From a virus (taxonomy: Duplodnaviria; Heunggongvirae; Uroviricota; Caudoviricetes): a stretch of DNA of 64,000 bases. The translations under genes and the position numbers were made by a program. The number at the start of each line of letters is the position of its first letter. The first letter of the stretch is position 1. The DNA lies in the IMG/VR virus record IMGVR_UViG_3300033068_001610, positions 1 to 64,000 of that record. One strand, written 5' to 3'. A model generated the notes under the pieces. The model was not told the origin of the DNA. It made no database searches and was given only the letters and a program-made list of their open reading frames with translations. Positions 1 through 8,388 of the stretch are shown here, piece after piece.

Positions 1-218
1 TTTACAAAAAGATTAGAATTATCATCATCATCATTATATCCTGTATAACCATAATTTAACCAACTTCCTGGAGACCATTCATAATGTGAATATCTTCTTC
101 TTGGAGTATAGTCCATTTCATAGTCATCATAATGATGTTTAGTTTTAGCTTTTCTCTTTTTGGGTGGAGAAGGAGTATCTACAGATATCCATTCTCCTTT
201 TATATATTCCCAGGCCAT
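1..218 (-). CDS. hypothetical protein (5' part only; continues beyond window start)
   Basis: ATG at 218 lies 2 nt after the TAA of the upstream AAA gene (TAATTATG). Minus-strand frame stays open to nt 1 (MAWEYIKGEWISVDTPSPPKKRKAK...). Confidence 0.4.
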   Translation of the reverse strand, partial: MAWEYIKGEWISVDTPSPPKKRKAKTKHHYDDYEMDYTPRRRYSHYEWSPGSWLNYGYTGYNDDDDNSNLFV

Positions 219-220
219 AA

Positions 221-1546
221 TTATAGTTCTTCATCTTCCATTACAAAAGACACAACAGCTTCTTTTTTAGACAAGCTTTTGTAAATTTCTTTTGCTTTTT
301 TCACTAAATTAGTGTGAACAGCAACAAAATCTTCATTAACTGTCAACATTTGAATTTCTGTTAACTTACTATCAAATTTTTCCATTTGATGTTTAAAATC
401 TTTAACTTCAGCAGTAGAACTCATTTTACATTCTCTCACTTTAGTAATAATTTCTTCTAATTCAACAGAAAGTTGTCTAAATTTGATAGTGGCTTCATAT
501 TTCTTCAATGTAGAAGAAATTAAAGCAGGTTTTTTAGAAAATTCTGCAATAAACATCAATGCTTCAGGGCCACATTTTTCATAAACGTTATTTGCAACAA
601 TTGCAATACGAGGTGAAATTGTGATGCTGTTTTTGTGATATTCTTGTAACAAGAATGGAATGATTGGATCAATTGTTCCTTCACCAAATTTAGCTTCTAA
701 CAATGTGTTATAAGCAATTTCGTTGTAATTATCCCAAATTACATTTAATTCAAGAGGAAATCTTTCCATCAAAGCTCTTAATGAAGAGTTTTTAGCAAAT
801 TCATCACGAGTTTTGTTTGTACAACAAACAATGAATTTAGTTTTAATTGGAAATACTTGACTTCCATTTCTAAATACACCACTTGAGAGAATATCTTTTA
901 GTTGTTCAAGAATAAAATCAGGAGCATCCATCATTTCTTCAAAAATTACATATTCATGATTCATAAATGAATTTTCAACAAGATATTCAATTTTACCTTT
1001 TCCTCCTGGAGCAAATTGAGAAATATCAACACCTCCAAATAATCTGTCAGTATTCATACCAGTACCCATTGTTACAACAAATGGTTCAATGTCTCGTTCT
1101 TCAAAGAAAGCCATTGTTAATTCTGATTTACCATGTCCACCAGGACCATACAAAATTACATTGTTTTTAACTTTCATTCCAATTTCTAAAATACTTATGG
1201 CTTTGTCCATAAATACAAATTCTTCTTTTAAAGAACTTTCAAATTCTGCTACTTGTGGTTTATTAACACTCATTTTTTCTTGTTTTAAGGGAATTTTTAA
1301 ATTTTTTGTTATTTCTGTTATGCCATTATAATCTAATTCAATTTCAATATAATCTGTATTACTAAAAGCCCAGCCAGCAAAATGAAAATCTTTTCCTTGT
1401 TTAGCTGCTTTTTCTGCATCTTTAGGAATATCTGCTCCAAGGTATTCTTGCATATTTTCATGCCAATGAATAGGCACAAACTCATCCATATGATATCCTT
1501 GTTTTTCAAATTCTTCAAATGTTTTGAATCTATATTGTTGAGTCAT
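221..1546 (-). CDS. MoxR-like AAA+ ATPase (AAA_5 type) with N-terminal domain and C-terminal coiled coil
   Basis: Walker A VILYGPGGHGKSE. Walker B/MoxR-like box YVIFEEMMDAPDFILEQLKDIL followed by FIVCCTNKT, resembling the MoxR LLADEINRA..ALLEAM..ATQNP pattern. 441 aa. Confidence 0.7.
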   Translation of the reverse strand: MTQQYRFKTFEEFEKQGYHMDEFVPIHWHENMQEYLGADIPKDAEKAAKQGKDFHFAGWAFSNTDYIEIELDYNGITEITKNLKIPLKQEKMSVNKPQVAEFESSLKEEFVFMDKAISILEIGMKVKNNVILYGPGGHGKSELTMAFFEERDIEPFVVTMGTGMNTDRLFGGVDISQFAPGGKGKIEYLVENSFMNHEYVIFEEMMDAPDFILEQLKDILSSGVFRNGSQVFPIKTKFIVCCTNKTRDEFAKNSSLRALMERFPLELNVIWDNYNEIAYNTLLEAKFGEGTIDPIIPFLLQEYHKNSITISPRIAIVANNVYEKCGPEALMFIAEFSKKPALISSTLKKYEATIKFRQLSVELEEIITKVRECKMSSTAEVKDFKHQMEKFDSKLTEIQMLTVNEDFVAVHTNLVKKAKEIYKSLSKKEAVVSFVMEDEEL

Positions 1547-1592
1547 ATATAAAATATATTAAAAGCCCACCATTACAGTGGGCCTTTGATTA

Positions 1593-3023
1593 CTATTCTT
1601 CGTCATAATAAGTACGAATTCCTTTAAGAGTAGCATTAACAGCATCTTCTTGATAACTTTCATCATAAAGAATACCTTTTAAGGCAAGAGCTAATGCCAT
1701 TTCTTTAGTGACAGATGTATCTTTTGTTTTAGATAATTCAACTTGTCTTAAATAAGATTTGATACAAGTGATAAAACTTGATGCTCTGATAATGGTTTCA
1801 TTACGCAAAATCATATTTGTTTTCACATTTTCAATTATTTCAGCCATAAATGCTGGAGCAATTGATGATTCAGCAATTAATTTGTGTACTGGCTCAAAAT
1901 CTCCTTCAAGTGTTACATCTTGACAAAAGCTTGAAATATATTTTTCAGCTGTTATAGCATCCAAATATGTCATTGAAATGATTGTACCAATTCTTTTACC
2001 TCTTAAAAAGGTAGGCTCAATAAGCTCAAGATGATTAGTAGTAAACAATGAAATTACATTCATGTTTTTAGTATCACCACCATCTAATGTATTCAAAATA
2101 TCTTGAAGAGCAGAATCTCTTTCACCTTTGGTAACTTGGTCAATGTCTTCAACAAATACTAAAATACCATTACCATTTTTATCTAAAGTTTTGGCCATTC
2201 TCAATGTGTCAGCCAATAATTCAGGAGATTTCAAATAGATGGCAGAATAATTGTTTTCAATAGCTTGTTTAGCTAATTTGAATGCCAACAATGTTTTCCC
2301 TGTACCATAAGGTCCTTCTAAAATAGCACCAAATTTAATTGGAATTTTGTTATCTCTACAATGTTGAGGATGAAGAATACGAGCAGTCAATGGACTTAAT
2401 GCTTCTTCTGTTTCTGCAGAAAGAATCATTAATTCTTCATCAATGGAAGATAAATCAAGGATCTTTGGTTGTCCATAGTCATGATTTTGATTAATTTCAA
2501 AAGCTTGACATTTGTAAATAGAATCAGTATGTAACAATTCTATTGTACGATCAACCATTTTATCAATTAAATTTTGAAATTTGAATTGACATTTACCTTT
2601 GATTGATAAATTTTTACTATTTTCATCATAATAGATTTGAATAATAGCTCCTTCTCCCATTCCAGGAAGAGCAATATCACCATAAGGAACTTTTTTTCTT
2701 ACACCACTTGCAAGAGTGATATCAATAGTATTCATACCATCTTTACCTCCTGAAGGTTTTTGAGAATCAGAAACAGTTGAAGCTCCAATAGTTTCTTCAA
2801 TTGAACGATTTAATTGATAAATTCCATCATTACGAAAACAAGGAATAGAATATCTGAAATTGGTCATTCTTTCTGAGTTTTTAATCTCATTTTCAATATA
2901 TACCAATATTTCAGCGTAATCTTTATCGCTACTACCTAATGCAACTAATGTTGTTTTCTTTTCAAGATCCCAAGATGTTTTTACTTCTTTGATCTTTGCT
3001 ACTTCTGTGATTGTTTTTGTCAT
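1593..3023 (-). CDS. classical AAA family ATPase (FtsH/CDC48-type AAA module, no protease domain) with ~225-aa N-terminal domain
   Basis: Walker A GPYGTGKT, Walker B ILVFVEDID, second region of homology TTNHLELIEPTFLRGKR. AAA lid follows; 476 aa. Confidence 0.8.
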   Translation of the reverse strand: MTKTITEVAKIKEVKTSWDLEKKTTLVALGSSDKDYAEILVYIENEIKNSERMTNFRYSIPCFRNDGIYQLNRSIEETIGASTVSDSQKPSGGKDGMNTIDITLASGVRKKVPYGDIALPGMGEGAIIQIYYDENSKNLSIKGKCQFKFQNLIDKMVDRTIELLHTDSIYKCQAFEINQNHDYGQPKILDLSSIDEELMILSAETEEALSPLTARILHPQHCRDNKIPIKFGAILEGPYGTGKTLLAFKLAKQAIENNYSAIYLKSPELLADTLRMAKTLDKNGNGILVFVEDIDQVTKGERDSALQDILNTLDGGDTKNMNVISLFTTNHLELIEPTFLRGKRIGTIISMTYLDAITAEKYISSFCQDVTLEGDFEPVHKLIAESSIAPAFMAEIIENVKTNMILRNETIIRASSFITCIKSYLRQVELSKTKDTSVTKEMALALALKGILYDESYQEDAVNATLKGIRTYYDEE

Positions 3024-3028
3024 TTTAT

Positions 3029-3292
3029 TTATTTATTAAGGGATTTTATTTCTTTTTGTGCTTTAATTAAAAGTTTTTTGAATTCAGTTTCAGTTAATGT
3101 TAGACAACCAAACTCTACCAATCCATGAGACTTGAAAAATGAAAGAGTATCTGTTAATTCAACTTTATCTCTGTCACTTTCAAATGCCATTTTTATGTGT
3201 TTTAATAAAACTCGATGTTTTTTGTAAATAACTTCTTTAGTTATTAAATCAAGTTCAATTGGTAATCCATTTTTACAATAATCTAATATCAT
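3029..3292 (-). CDS. hypothetical protein
   Basis: 87-aa ORF tightly packed between the AAA and SPFH genes in an AT-rich genome. Confidence 0.45.
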   Translation of the reverse strand: MILDYCKNGLPIELDLITKEVIYKKHRVLLKHIKMAFESDRDKVELTDTLSFFKSHGLVEFGCLTLTETEFKKLLIKAQKEIKSLNK

Positions 3293-3343
3293 AACTGAAA
3301 GTATTAAAAAGCTCTGCTATTTCTAACAGAGCTTGTTATTGTT

Positions 3344-4564
3344 TTATTTGTTTTTTAAATCAAGACCAAGATCTTTGGCAGCTTTCGCACTCATAAGTTC
3401 CATAAAATTGAAACCTGCATTTCCTGCAGATCCTCCTCCAGATACATATGTAGGAACAAGTGAACCTTCATAGTTAGCAAAAGCTTCAGCCCAAAATCTT
3501 TGTACTTTTTCATATGTAGCCAACTTTTGAGTTAAAGCTCCATCTGCTTGCATTACAAGACGTTTTTTAGCTGCAATACCTTCACCTTCCAAAATATCTT
3601 TTTGTTTGTTTAAATTGGCTGTTTGTACTGCTAAATTAGCTACATCTTTTGCAGCTTCAGCTTGAGTAACAAGTTTAGATTTAATAACTTCTTGTTCCCA
3701 TTTAGCTTTGGCAGCATTTGCTTCTCCTTGTTTAGCTGTAGTGATAGCATCTTGTTCAGCTCTTTTAGCATTAGCAATGGCAGTTTGAACAGACATTATA
3801 GCTTTTTGTTGACTTTGAATTTGAGCTTCTACTGTTTTATCATATCGAATATCATTAATAGAAATACTATATAAACGAATACCAAATTCTTCAATAGAAG
3901 ATTTTTCTTGTCTATAAGGATTACCTTTAATCATTACAATTTCTACTTTACTAACAGCTTTTTCAGTATTTGTTAATGCATCCACTTCACGTACAGATAT
4001 AGTTTTAGTTTTATATACTCCTTTAGAAGATTGATCTTCAATATAATATATAAGGTCATTTCTTTTTTCTGCATATGATTCTTTAGATGACATCAAAGGT
4101 CCTGTCATAAATATTGATTTAGATATATTAGTATTTACTAATTGTTCTTCAATATTTTCTTGATTTCTATAAGTACTATGAACTTTCTTCATTTTATTTT
4201 CATCTAAAGGAAGATCTATACGAATACTTCCTGATATCCAAGCATGACCACCATCATTAAATTTGACTGGCAAGCTTTTATCATATTCAGTGCCTATATA
4301 TTCTTTTTCTTTAGGTGCAAGAAAATTAATTTGACTAGAACGTTTGTAATGTGTTACTCTTCCAAGTCCTTGCCAAGTTGGCCCTGGTTCATACACCACT
4401 TTAAGATCTCCACTTAAAGATTGAATTACAAGAATTTCTCCTGCATCATTGTCTTCAATTGTATTAAATGATAAAACGACTGCAGCTACTAAAACTAAAA
4501 GTATTAAAGCATACTTTCTAATACCTTTAATCACTGAACTTGATTGATTTTCTTCTGTGTACAT
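3344..4564 (-). CDS. SPFH/band-7 (HflK/flotillin-like) membrane protein
   Basis: N-terminal TM helix YALILLVLVAAVVLSF, central SPFH-like core, C-terminal Ala/Gln/Lys-rich coiled coil (AKRAEQDAITTAKQGEANAAKAKWEQE...) typical of HflK/C and flotillins. 406 aa. Confidence 0.65.
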   Translation of the reverse strand: MYTEENQSSSVIKGIRKYALILLVLVAAVVLSFNTIEDNDAGEILVIQSLSGDLKVVYEPGPTWQGLGRVTHYKRSSQINFLAPKEKEYIGTEYDKSLPVKFNDGGHAWISGSIRIDLPLDENKMKKVHSTYRNQENIEEQLVNTNISKSIFMTGPLMSSKESYAEKRNDLIYYIEDQSSKGVYKTKTISVREVDALTNTEKAVSKVEIVMIKGNPYRQEKSSIEEFGIRLYSISINDIRYDKTVEAQIQSQQKAIMSVQTAIANAKRAEQDAITTAKQGEANAAKAKWEQEVIKSKLVTQAEAAKDVANLAVQTANLNKQKDILEGEGIAAKKRLVMQADGALTQKLATYEKVQRFWAEAFANYEGSLVPTYVSGGGSAGNAGFNFMELMSAKAAKDLGLDLKNK

Positions 4565-4791
4565 TATTTCTCGATGTTTTTGGTAATGTTATTTATTTTT
4601 TGTTGTGTTTTCTTAGTGGCACCTCTGATTGCTTGTTTTTTTTCTTTAAATTCTTTTGATTGTTTTTCCAAATCATCTAAAGATGATTCTGGTTTTCTTA
4701 AACGAAATATATCAGGAATAAGAATATAAAGTAAAACAAATAAAAAGAGCAGGACTAAGCCTGCTCTAATTAAAAACATTGCAGCTGTCAT
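4564..4791 (-). CDS. small membrane protein (N-terminal TM + charged coiled coil)
   Basis: 75 aa. TM AAMFLIRAGLVLLFLFVLLYILIP; ATG overlaps the start of the SPFH gene. Confidence 0.45.
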   Translation of the reverse strand: MTAAMFLIRAGLVLLFLFVLLYILIPDIFRLRKPESSLDDLEKQSKEFKEKKQAIRGATKKTQQKINNITKNIEK

Positions 4792-4795
4792 CTTG

Positions 4796-5086
4796 TTAGA
4801 ATCTTTCTGCTAAAATTCCTTCAGCAAAAGCAAGACCTTCTTCTAATGCTTCCACTTCTCTATAAGCAGAAAGTTCAGCATTTACACTGTAAGGAATGGC
4901 AGCTTTTGTTTTTGATAATGCTTGTCTAGCATTTGCTAGATCAAATTTAGTAGTGGCTATTGTCACTTCTAAGTTGGATTTTGCTTTTTGTACTTCTAAT
5001 GCTAACTCCTCTGCTTGTATATCCTTCTCTGATTTGGATATTAGGTCGCTGTATTTTACAGGAGTCTCTTTGGCTTTTGTGCTCAT
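4796..5086 (-). CDS. hypothetical coiled-coil protein
   Basis: 96-aa ORF with clean heptad character. Overlaps the 3' end of the upstream 385-aa ORF by 140 nt. Confidence 0.4.
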   Translation of the reverse strand: MSTKAKETPVKYSDLISKSEKDIQAEELALEVQKAKSNLEVTIATTKFDLANARQALSKTKAAIPYSVNAELSAYREVEALEEGLAFAEGILAERF

Positions 5087-6104
5087 CTTTTTTTAATTTT
5101 AAGGGATTATTTATTTGTTTTGGAAATTCATATTCTTGTGATAAATCAATTTCATCACAAGGGTTTGTAGGTCGCAGGGTTTTCCAATCTGGATGACCTA
5201 AAGGCAAAAAAGGTATTATTGTTTCAATACTAACTTCTTCAACAGAAGTTACTTGTTCAAATCTAATTGAATCGTGTTTACTCCAAAATTTACATTGATT
5301 AACATATCCATATTTATCTAAATAACCACGAATTCCTTCAATTTTACTGAATTTAACATAATGGGAAAGACTATCAAAATTTAATTTATACCATTTATCT
5401 ACAACCATATCTTTATAGCTCATTTGCTCAATGGGTGATTCACATATAAAAGGCATTAAATCTTCTAATTTGTATTCTTTTTTTCCAGAACCATTTGATA
5501 CAAACCAAAAAGAACTATCAGACCAAGCTATACCAATATCTTTTTTTGCAGGATGATCAATATTTTGTCTTGTATTTTTTAAATATTCTTGTAAATTGTT
5601 GTCTAAACTTCTACAAAATCCATTTGTTGGAAATCCTGATAATTTAAGTTGTGCTAAATATTCTTCCTTTGTAGCAATATCATATAAATGATCATTAGGA
5701 TCTGTACCAATTTCAGCAAAATTAAATTTTTCATCTAAAATGACAATTTTATTGACATAATTTGATTTTGGTATTCTATCAGAAACTAAATATATTTGAG
5801 ATGATGAAATATTAAAAAATGTAGATTGTCCTGTAATAATAGAATAAGGATTTACATTTTTAACATATTTTGGTTTTATTTGTTCTTTTCCAACTATTTC
5901 AGCAAAACTGCGAGTTTTATGATCGTATAAACGAATATCAGTACCAACTGTATTACCACAATAAATACTTTCACTATATCCATAATGAATATCATTTGAT
6001 GTTCTACTAACAGTAAGTGGTTTACCATTAGATGTACATCTTACAATAGTACCATCTGGATACATAGCTTTAGCTATTTCTAATCTTTTTTCTTTTTCAT
6101 CCAT
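4947..6104 (-). CDS. hypothetical protein
   Basis: 385-aa ORF. The C-terminal 45 aa are R/S-rich and overlap the next gene; possible frameshift or mis-end. Confidence 0.45.
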   Translation of the reverse strand: MDEKEKRLEIAKAMYPDGTIVRCTSNGKPLTVSRTSNDIHYGYSESIYCGNTVGTDIRLYDHKTRSFAEIVGKEQIKPKYVKNVNPYSIITGQSTFFNISSSQIYLVSDRIPKSNYVNKIVILDEKFNFAEIGTDPNDHLYDIATKEEYLAQLKLSGFPTNGFCRSLDNNLQEYLKNTRQNIDHPAKKDIGIAWSDSSFWFVSNGSGKKEYKLEDLMPFICESPIEQMSYKDMVVDKWYKLNFDSLSHYVKFSKIEGIRGYLDKYGYVNQCKFWSKHDSIRFEQVTSVEEVSIETIIPFLPLGHPDWKTLRPTNPCDEIDLSQEYEFPKQINNPLKLKKDEHKSQRDSCKIQRPNIQIREGYTSRGVSIRSTKSKIQLRSDNSHY

Positions 6105-6154
6105 AATTAAAAGATTTAAAAGGGCTTTATATTACTACAAAGCCCTATGATAAA

Positions 6155-6490
6155 TTACTCTTCTGCTGCTGGAAGAAAATCATCAGTGTTAATCAGATCA
6201 TCTTCTGACATTCCCAATTCAGACATCATTTGCATCATTTGTTCTGAGGCTGACATTCTTCCAATGATTGCATCTTTAACTGCTATAGCAGCTAAAATAA
6301 CAATTTCTTCATCAGAAAAATGTTTTAATACACCTTCTAAAATTACAGATGTAGAAAGAGGTTGTCCATCTTCAAATTCAGCTACAAGAGCTTCAGTTGA
6401 TTTTTGTAATGCGTCATTAATGTCTCCATTGAAACCAATAGCATCACTCAATTCTTCTTGAGTGTGGTCGAATTTTAAATTTGTGTTCAT
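6155..6490 (-). CDS. small acidic protein, paralog A of FDH/LSYNELL-like family
   Basis: N-terminus MNTNLKFDHTQEELSDAIGF aligns with the ORFs at 6683 and 8376; acidic C-terminus. Confidence 0.5.
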   Translation of the reverse strand: MNTNLKFDHTQEELSDAIGFNGDINDALQKSTEALVAEFEDGQPLSTSVILEGVLKHFSDEEIVILAAIAVKDAIIGRMSASEQMMQMMSELGMSEDDLINTDDFLPAAEE

Positions 6491-6508
6491 ATATTTATTA
6501 TTAAGGAT

Positions 6509-6679
6509 TTAAAAATTTTCTATGTAAAGAGAGCGAGCTCTTAAATTTGTTTGAGATATAATTCTAAAATTAGATTTATATAACACTTCAACAACATATC
6601 TTCTACATTGTTGTAATTTTGTAGGATTAGTTGATGCAACTAATATTCCTTTACTGATGTTAATGCGTGGTCTAGGCAT
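6509..6679 (-). CDS. hypothetical small protein (56 aa)
   Basis: ATG at 6679 sits 3 nt after the stop of the 6683 gene. Unlisted ORF MPRPRINISKGILVASTNPTKLQQCRRYVVEVLYKSNFRIISQTNLRARSLYIENF fills the only gap in a tightly packed operon. Confidence 0.3.
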   Translation of the reverse strand: MPRPRINISKGILVASTNPTKLQQCRRYVVEVLYKSNFRIISQTNLRARSLYIENF

Positions 6680-6682
6680 AAT

Positions 6683-6970
6683 TTATTTTTTATATTTATT
6701 AATTATACTTCTTAAGCCAGACAAAGGACTATTGTCTTCTTTTTGTCTGTCCATTATAGCTTCAATATAACCTAAACTAACGAATAATAATTCGTTATAA
6801 CTCAGTTCATTGGCAATTCTTTCAACTATTTTACTTTTGTGACGTTTGCCATTCATGGCATAATCAGTAGTAATACTAGCTAATTTACCATGCAATTCTT
6901 CTATCTGTGTATCTGGCATACCCATACATTCAGATAATCTTTCTCTTGTGTGATCAAAAACTAAACTCAT
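6683..6970 (-). CDS. small protein, paralog B of FDH/LSYNELL family
   Basis: MSLVFDHTRERLSECMGMP ... ANELSYNELLFVSLGYIEAI. Shares motifs with the 6155 and 8376 ORFs. Confidence 0.5.
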   Translation of the reverse strand: MSLVFDHTRERLSECMGMPDTQIEELHGKLASITTDYAMNGKRHKSKIVERIANELSYNELLFVSLGYIEAIMDRQKEDNSPLSGLRSIINKYKK

Positions 6971-6972
6971 AA

Positions 6973-7215
6973 TTAAGGAGTTGTTAAAATTATTCGTCCT
7001 ATTGTCAGGATGATTCCTGCGATAATACTACCAACTAAAAATCCCCTTCTAAAAGAGGATTTTAGTAATTGTTCACTTGCTTCAATTATTTCATTTTGAA
7101 GAGTGACAATTTTTTCTTGTGAATTAACTAATGATTTTAGATTAACTATTCTTTTTTCGTGAAGTGTGTTAATATCTTCTATGATTTTAACTACATCTAA
7201 GGGAGTTTTTTCCAT
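6973..7215 (-). CDS. tail-anchored coiled-coil membrane protein
   Basis: 80 aa; coiled coil then C-terminal TM FLVGSIIAGIILTIGRIIL. Confidence 0.45.
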   Translation of the reverse strand: MEKTPLDVVKIIEDINTLHEKRIVNLKSLVNSQEKIVTLQNEIIEASEQLLKSSFRRGFLVGSIIAGIILTIGRIILTTP

Positions 7216-7368
7216 TTAATAAATATAAAAATCGTCTTCAGTTAATTCAATGTTGTCTTCTTCACAAATATTTTGTATGGCTACATTAATTTGTGATAGT
7301 GTTGCATCTTCAATATCTATTTCAAATATTGATTTTACCCATTTTGATAATCTATTATAATCACTCAT
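7216..7368 (-). CDS. hypothetical small acidic protein (50 aa)
   Basis: Unlisted ORF MSDYNRLSKWVKSIFEIDIEDATLSQINVAIQNICEEDNIELTEDDFYIY. Its ATG overlaps the upstream stop (AATGAGTGA) and its TAA abuts the next start. Confidence 0.3.
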   Translation of the reverse strand: MSDYNRLSKWVKSIFEIDIEDATLSQINVAIQNICEEDNIELTEDDFYIY

Positions 7369-7645
7369 TGTCATCATCTGTTTTACCAATCAATGACATT
7401 GGGTCATTAATAGCTGCTTCCAATTCATCAAGAAAGGATATGCCATGTTTATCAATAAGTTCATGAATTAATTTTTCTGATAAATCAGAATTATCTCCTC
7501 CTTCCACTTCAAGAAGTAATAATAATTTCATTGCACCTTCTTTTGGAATAGTTGTAATAAATTGAGGTTTCTTTTTTAAAATAGTTATTATCATTTGAAG
7601 ATAAACTTCCATTCTAATATGACGTTCGTCGTTATTTGAGCTCAT
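7361..7645 (-). CDS. ABC-type ATPase C-terminal fragment (Walker B / D-loop region)
   Basis: KLLLLLEVEGGDNSDLSEKLIHELI matches the ABC Walker B + D-loop pattern (LLLLDEPTxGLD...ELI). ATG lies 5 nt after the stop of the 7651 ORF. Confidence 0.45.
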   Translation of the reverse strand: MSSNNDERHIRMEVYLQMIITILKKKPQFITTIPKEGAMKLLLLLEVEGGDNSDLSEKLIHELIDKHGISFLDELEAAINDPMSLIGKTDDDNE

Positions 7646-7650
7646 TTTTG

Positions 7651-8388
7651 TTAAGTATTTGTATTAGTTATTAAACACATATTGAGAATTGCTTGATGTC
7701 CTGCTCCTAATGATGTAGCTGATTTAATTGAACCATCTTTCATTGTAATATTAAAATCACAATCAAGTAAATCAACATTAATTTCAGCCATGTTTTTAAA
7801 AACATCATCATTATCAGAAATAGTATTCAAGCTTGATAATATTTTTTCATCAAATTTATATGGCATATTTGCTACTAATCCTTCAATAGTTTGAATATCA
7901 TATAATTTGAACATCTCAGATAATTTCATTATCTTTTCTTCATTTGAACCACCAAATGATTTTCTAATTTGTAGATACATTTTGATACCAGTAAATAGTC
8001 TAAATTGAGAAGACATATATATCACTTTAGTTGGAATTAAATTATCTATAGCATTAAATTGAATAAATGAACATTTACCTGTTTCATCTAATTCTATTTC
8101 AACACTGGCTCCTGAAGAATAAGTAAATTTTATTTCTCCAACAATAAAATTATCAAAACAATGTGAGAAAATTTCATCACATACTAGTTTTGAATCATGT
8201 TCATTGTCAAATATTCTAAAATTTATTACACTTGTTACAGCATAAACCATTACATTAATAAATGATTTACCTACACCATTCTTACCTGTTAACATAGTAA
8301 GAGCATTAACATTCATCTCCACTGCTTTAAAAGCAATTGGAGATGAAAGATTTAATGAAATTGTTTTAACACTACCTAATCCTTGCAT
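7651..8388 (-). CDS. ABC/AAA_21-type ATPase N-terminal part (Walker A + signature-like motif), ends before Walker B
   Basis: RecF/SMC-like N-terminus ISLNLSSPIAFKAVEMNVNALTMLTGKNGVGKS. Ends SLGAGHQAILNMCLITNTNT*, an LSGGQ-like signature, with no Walker B. Confidence 0.55.
   Translation of the reverse strand: MQGLGSVKTISLNLSSPIAFKAVEMNVNALTMLTGKNGVGKSFINVMVYAVTSVINFRIFDNEHDSKLVCDEIFSHCFDNFIVGEIKFTYSSGASVEIELDETGKCSFIQFNAIDNLIPTKVIYMSSQFRLFTGIKMYLQIRKSFGGSNEEKIMKLSEMFKLYDIQTIEGLVANMPYKFDEKILSSLNTISDNDDVFKNMAEINVDLLDCDFNITMKDGSIKSATSLGAGHQAILNMCLITNTNT

Noticed and set aside
967-1518. Plus- and minus-strand ORFs nested inside the MoxR-like gene (967-1170, 1089-1331, 1333-1518) and similar nested ORFs inside other large genes (e.g. 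3662-3874, 15839-16105, 48550-48975, 52039-52452)
   Set aside because: They are entirely embedded in or antisense to much longer ORFs that have clear motifs. Hydrophobic, low-complexity translations typical of AT-rich antisense frames.
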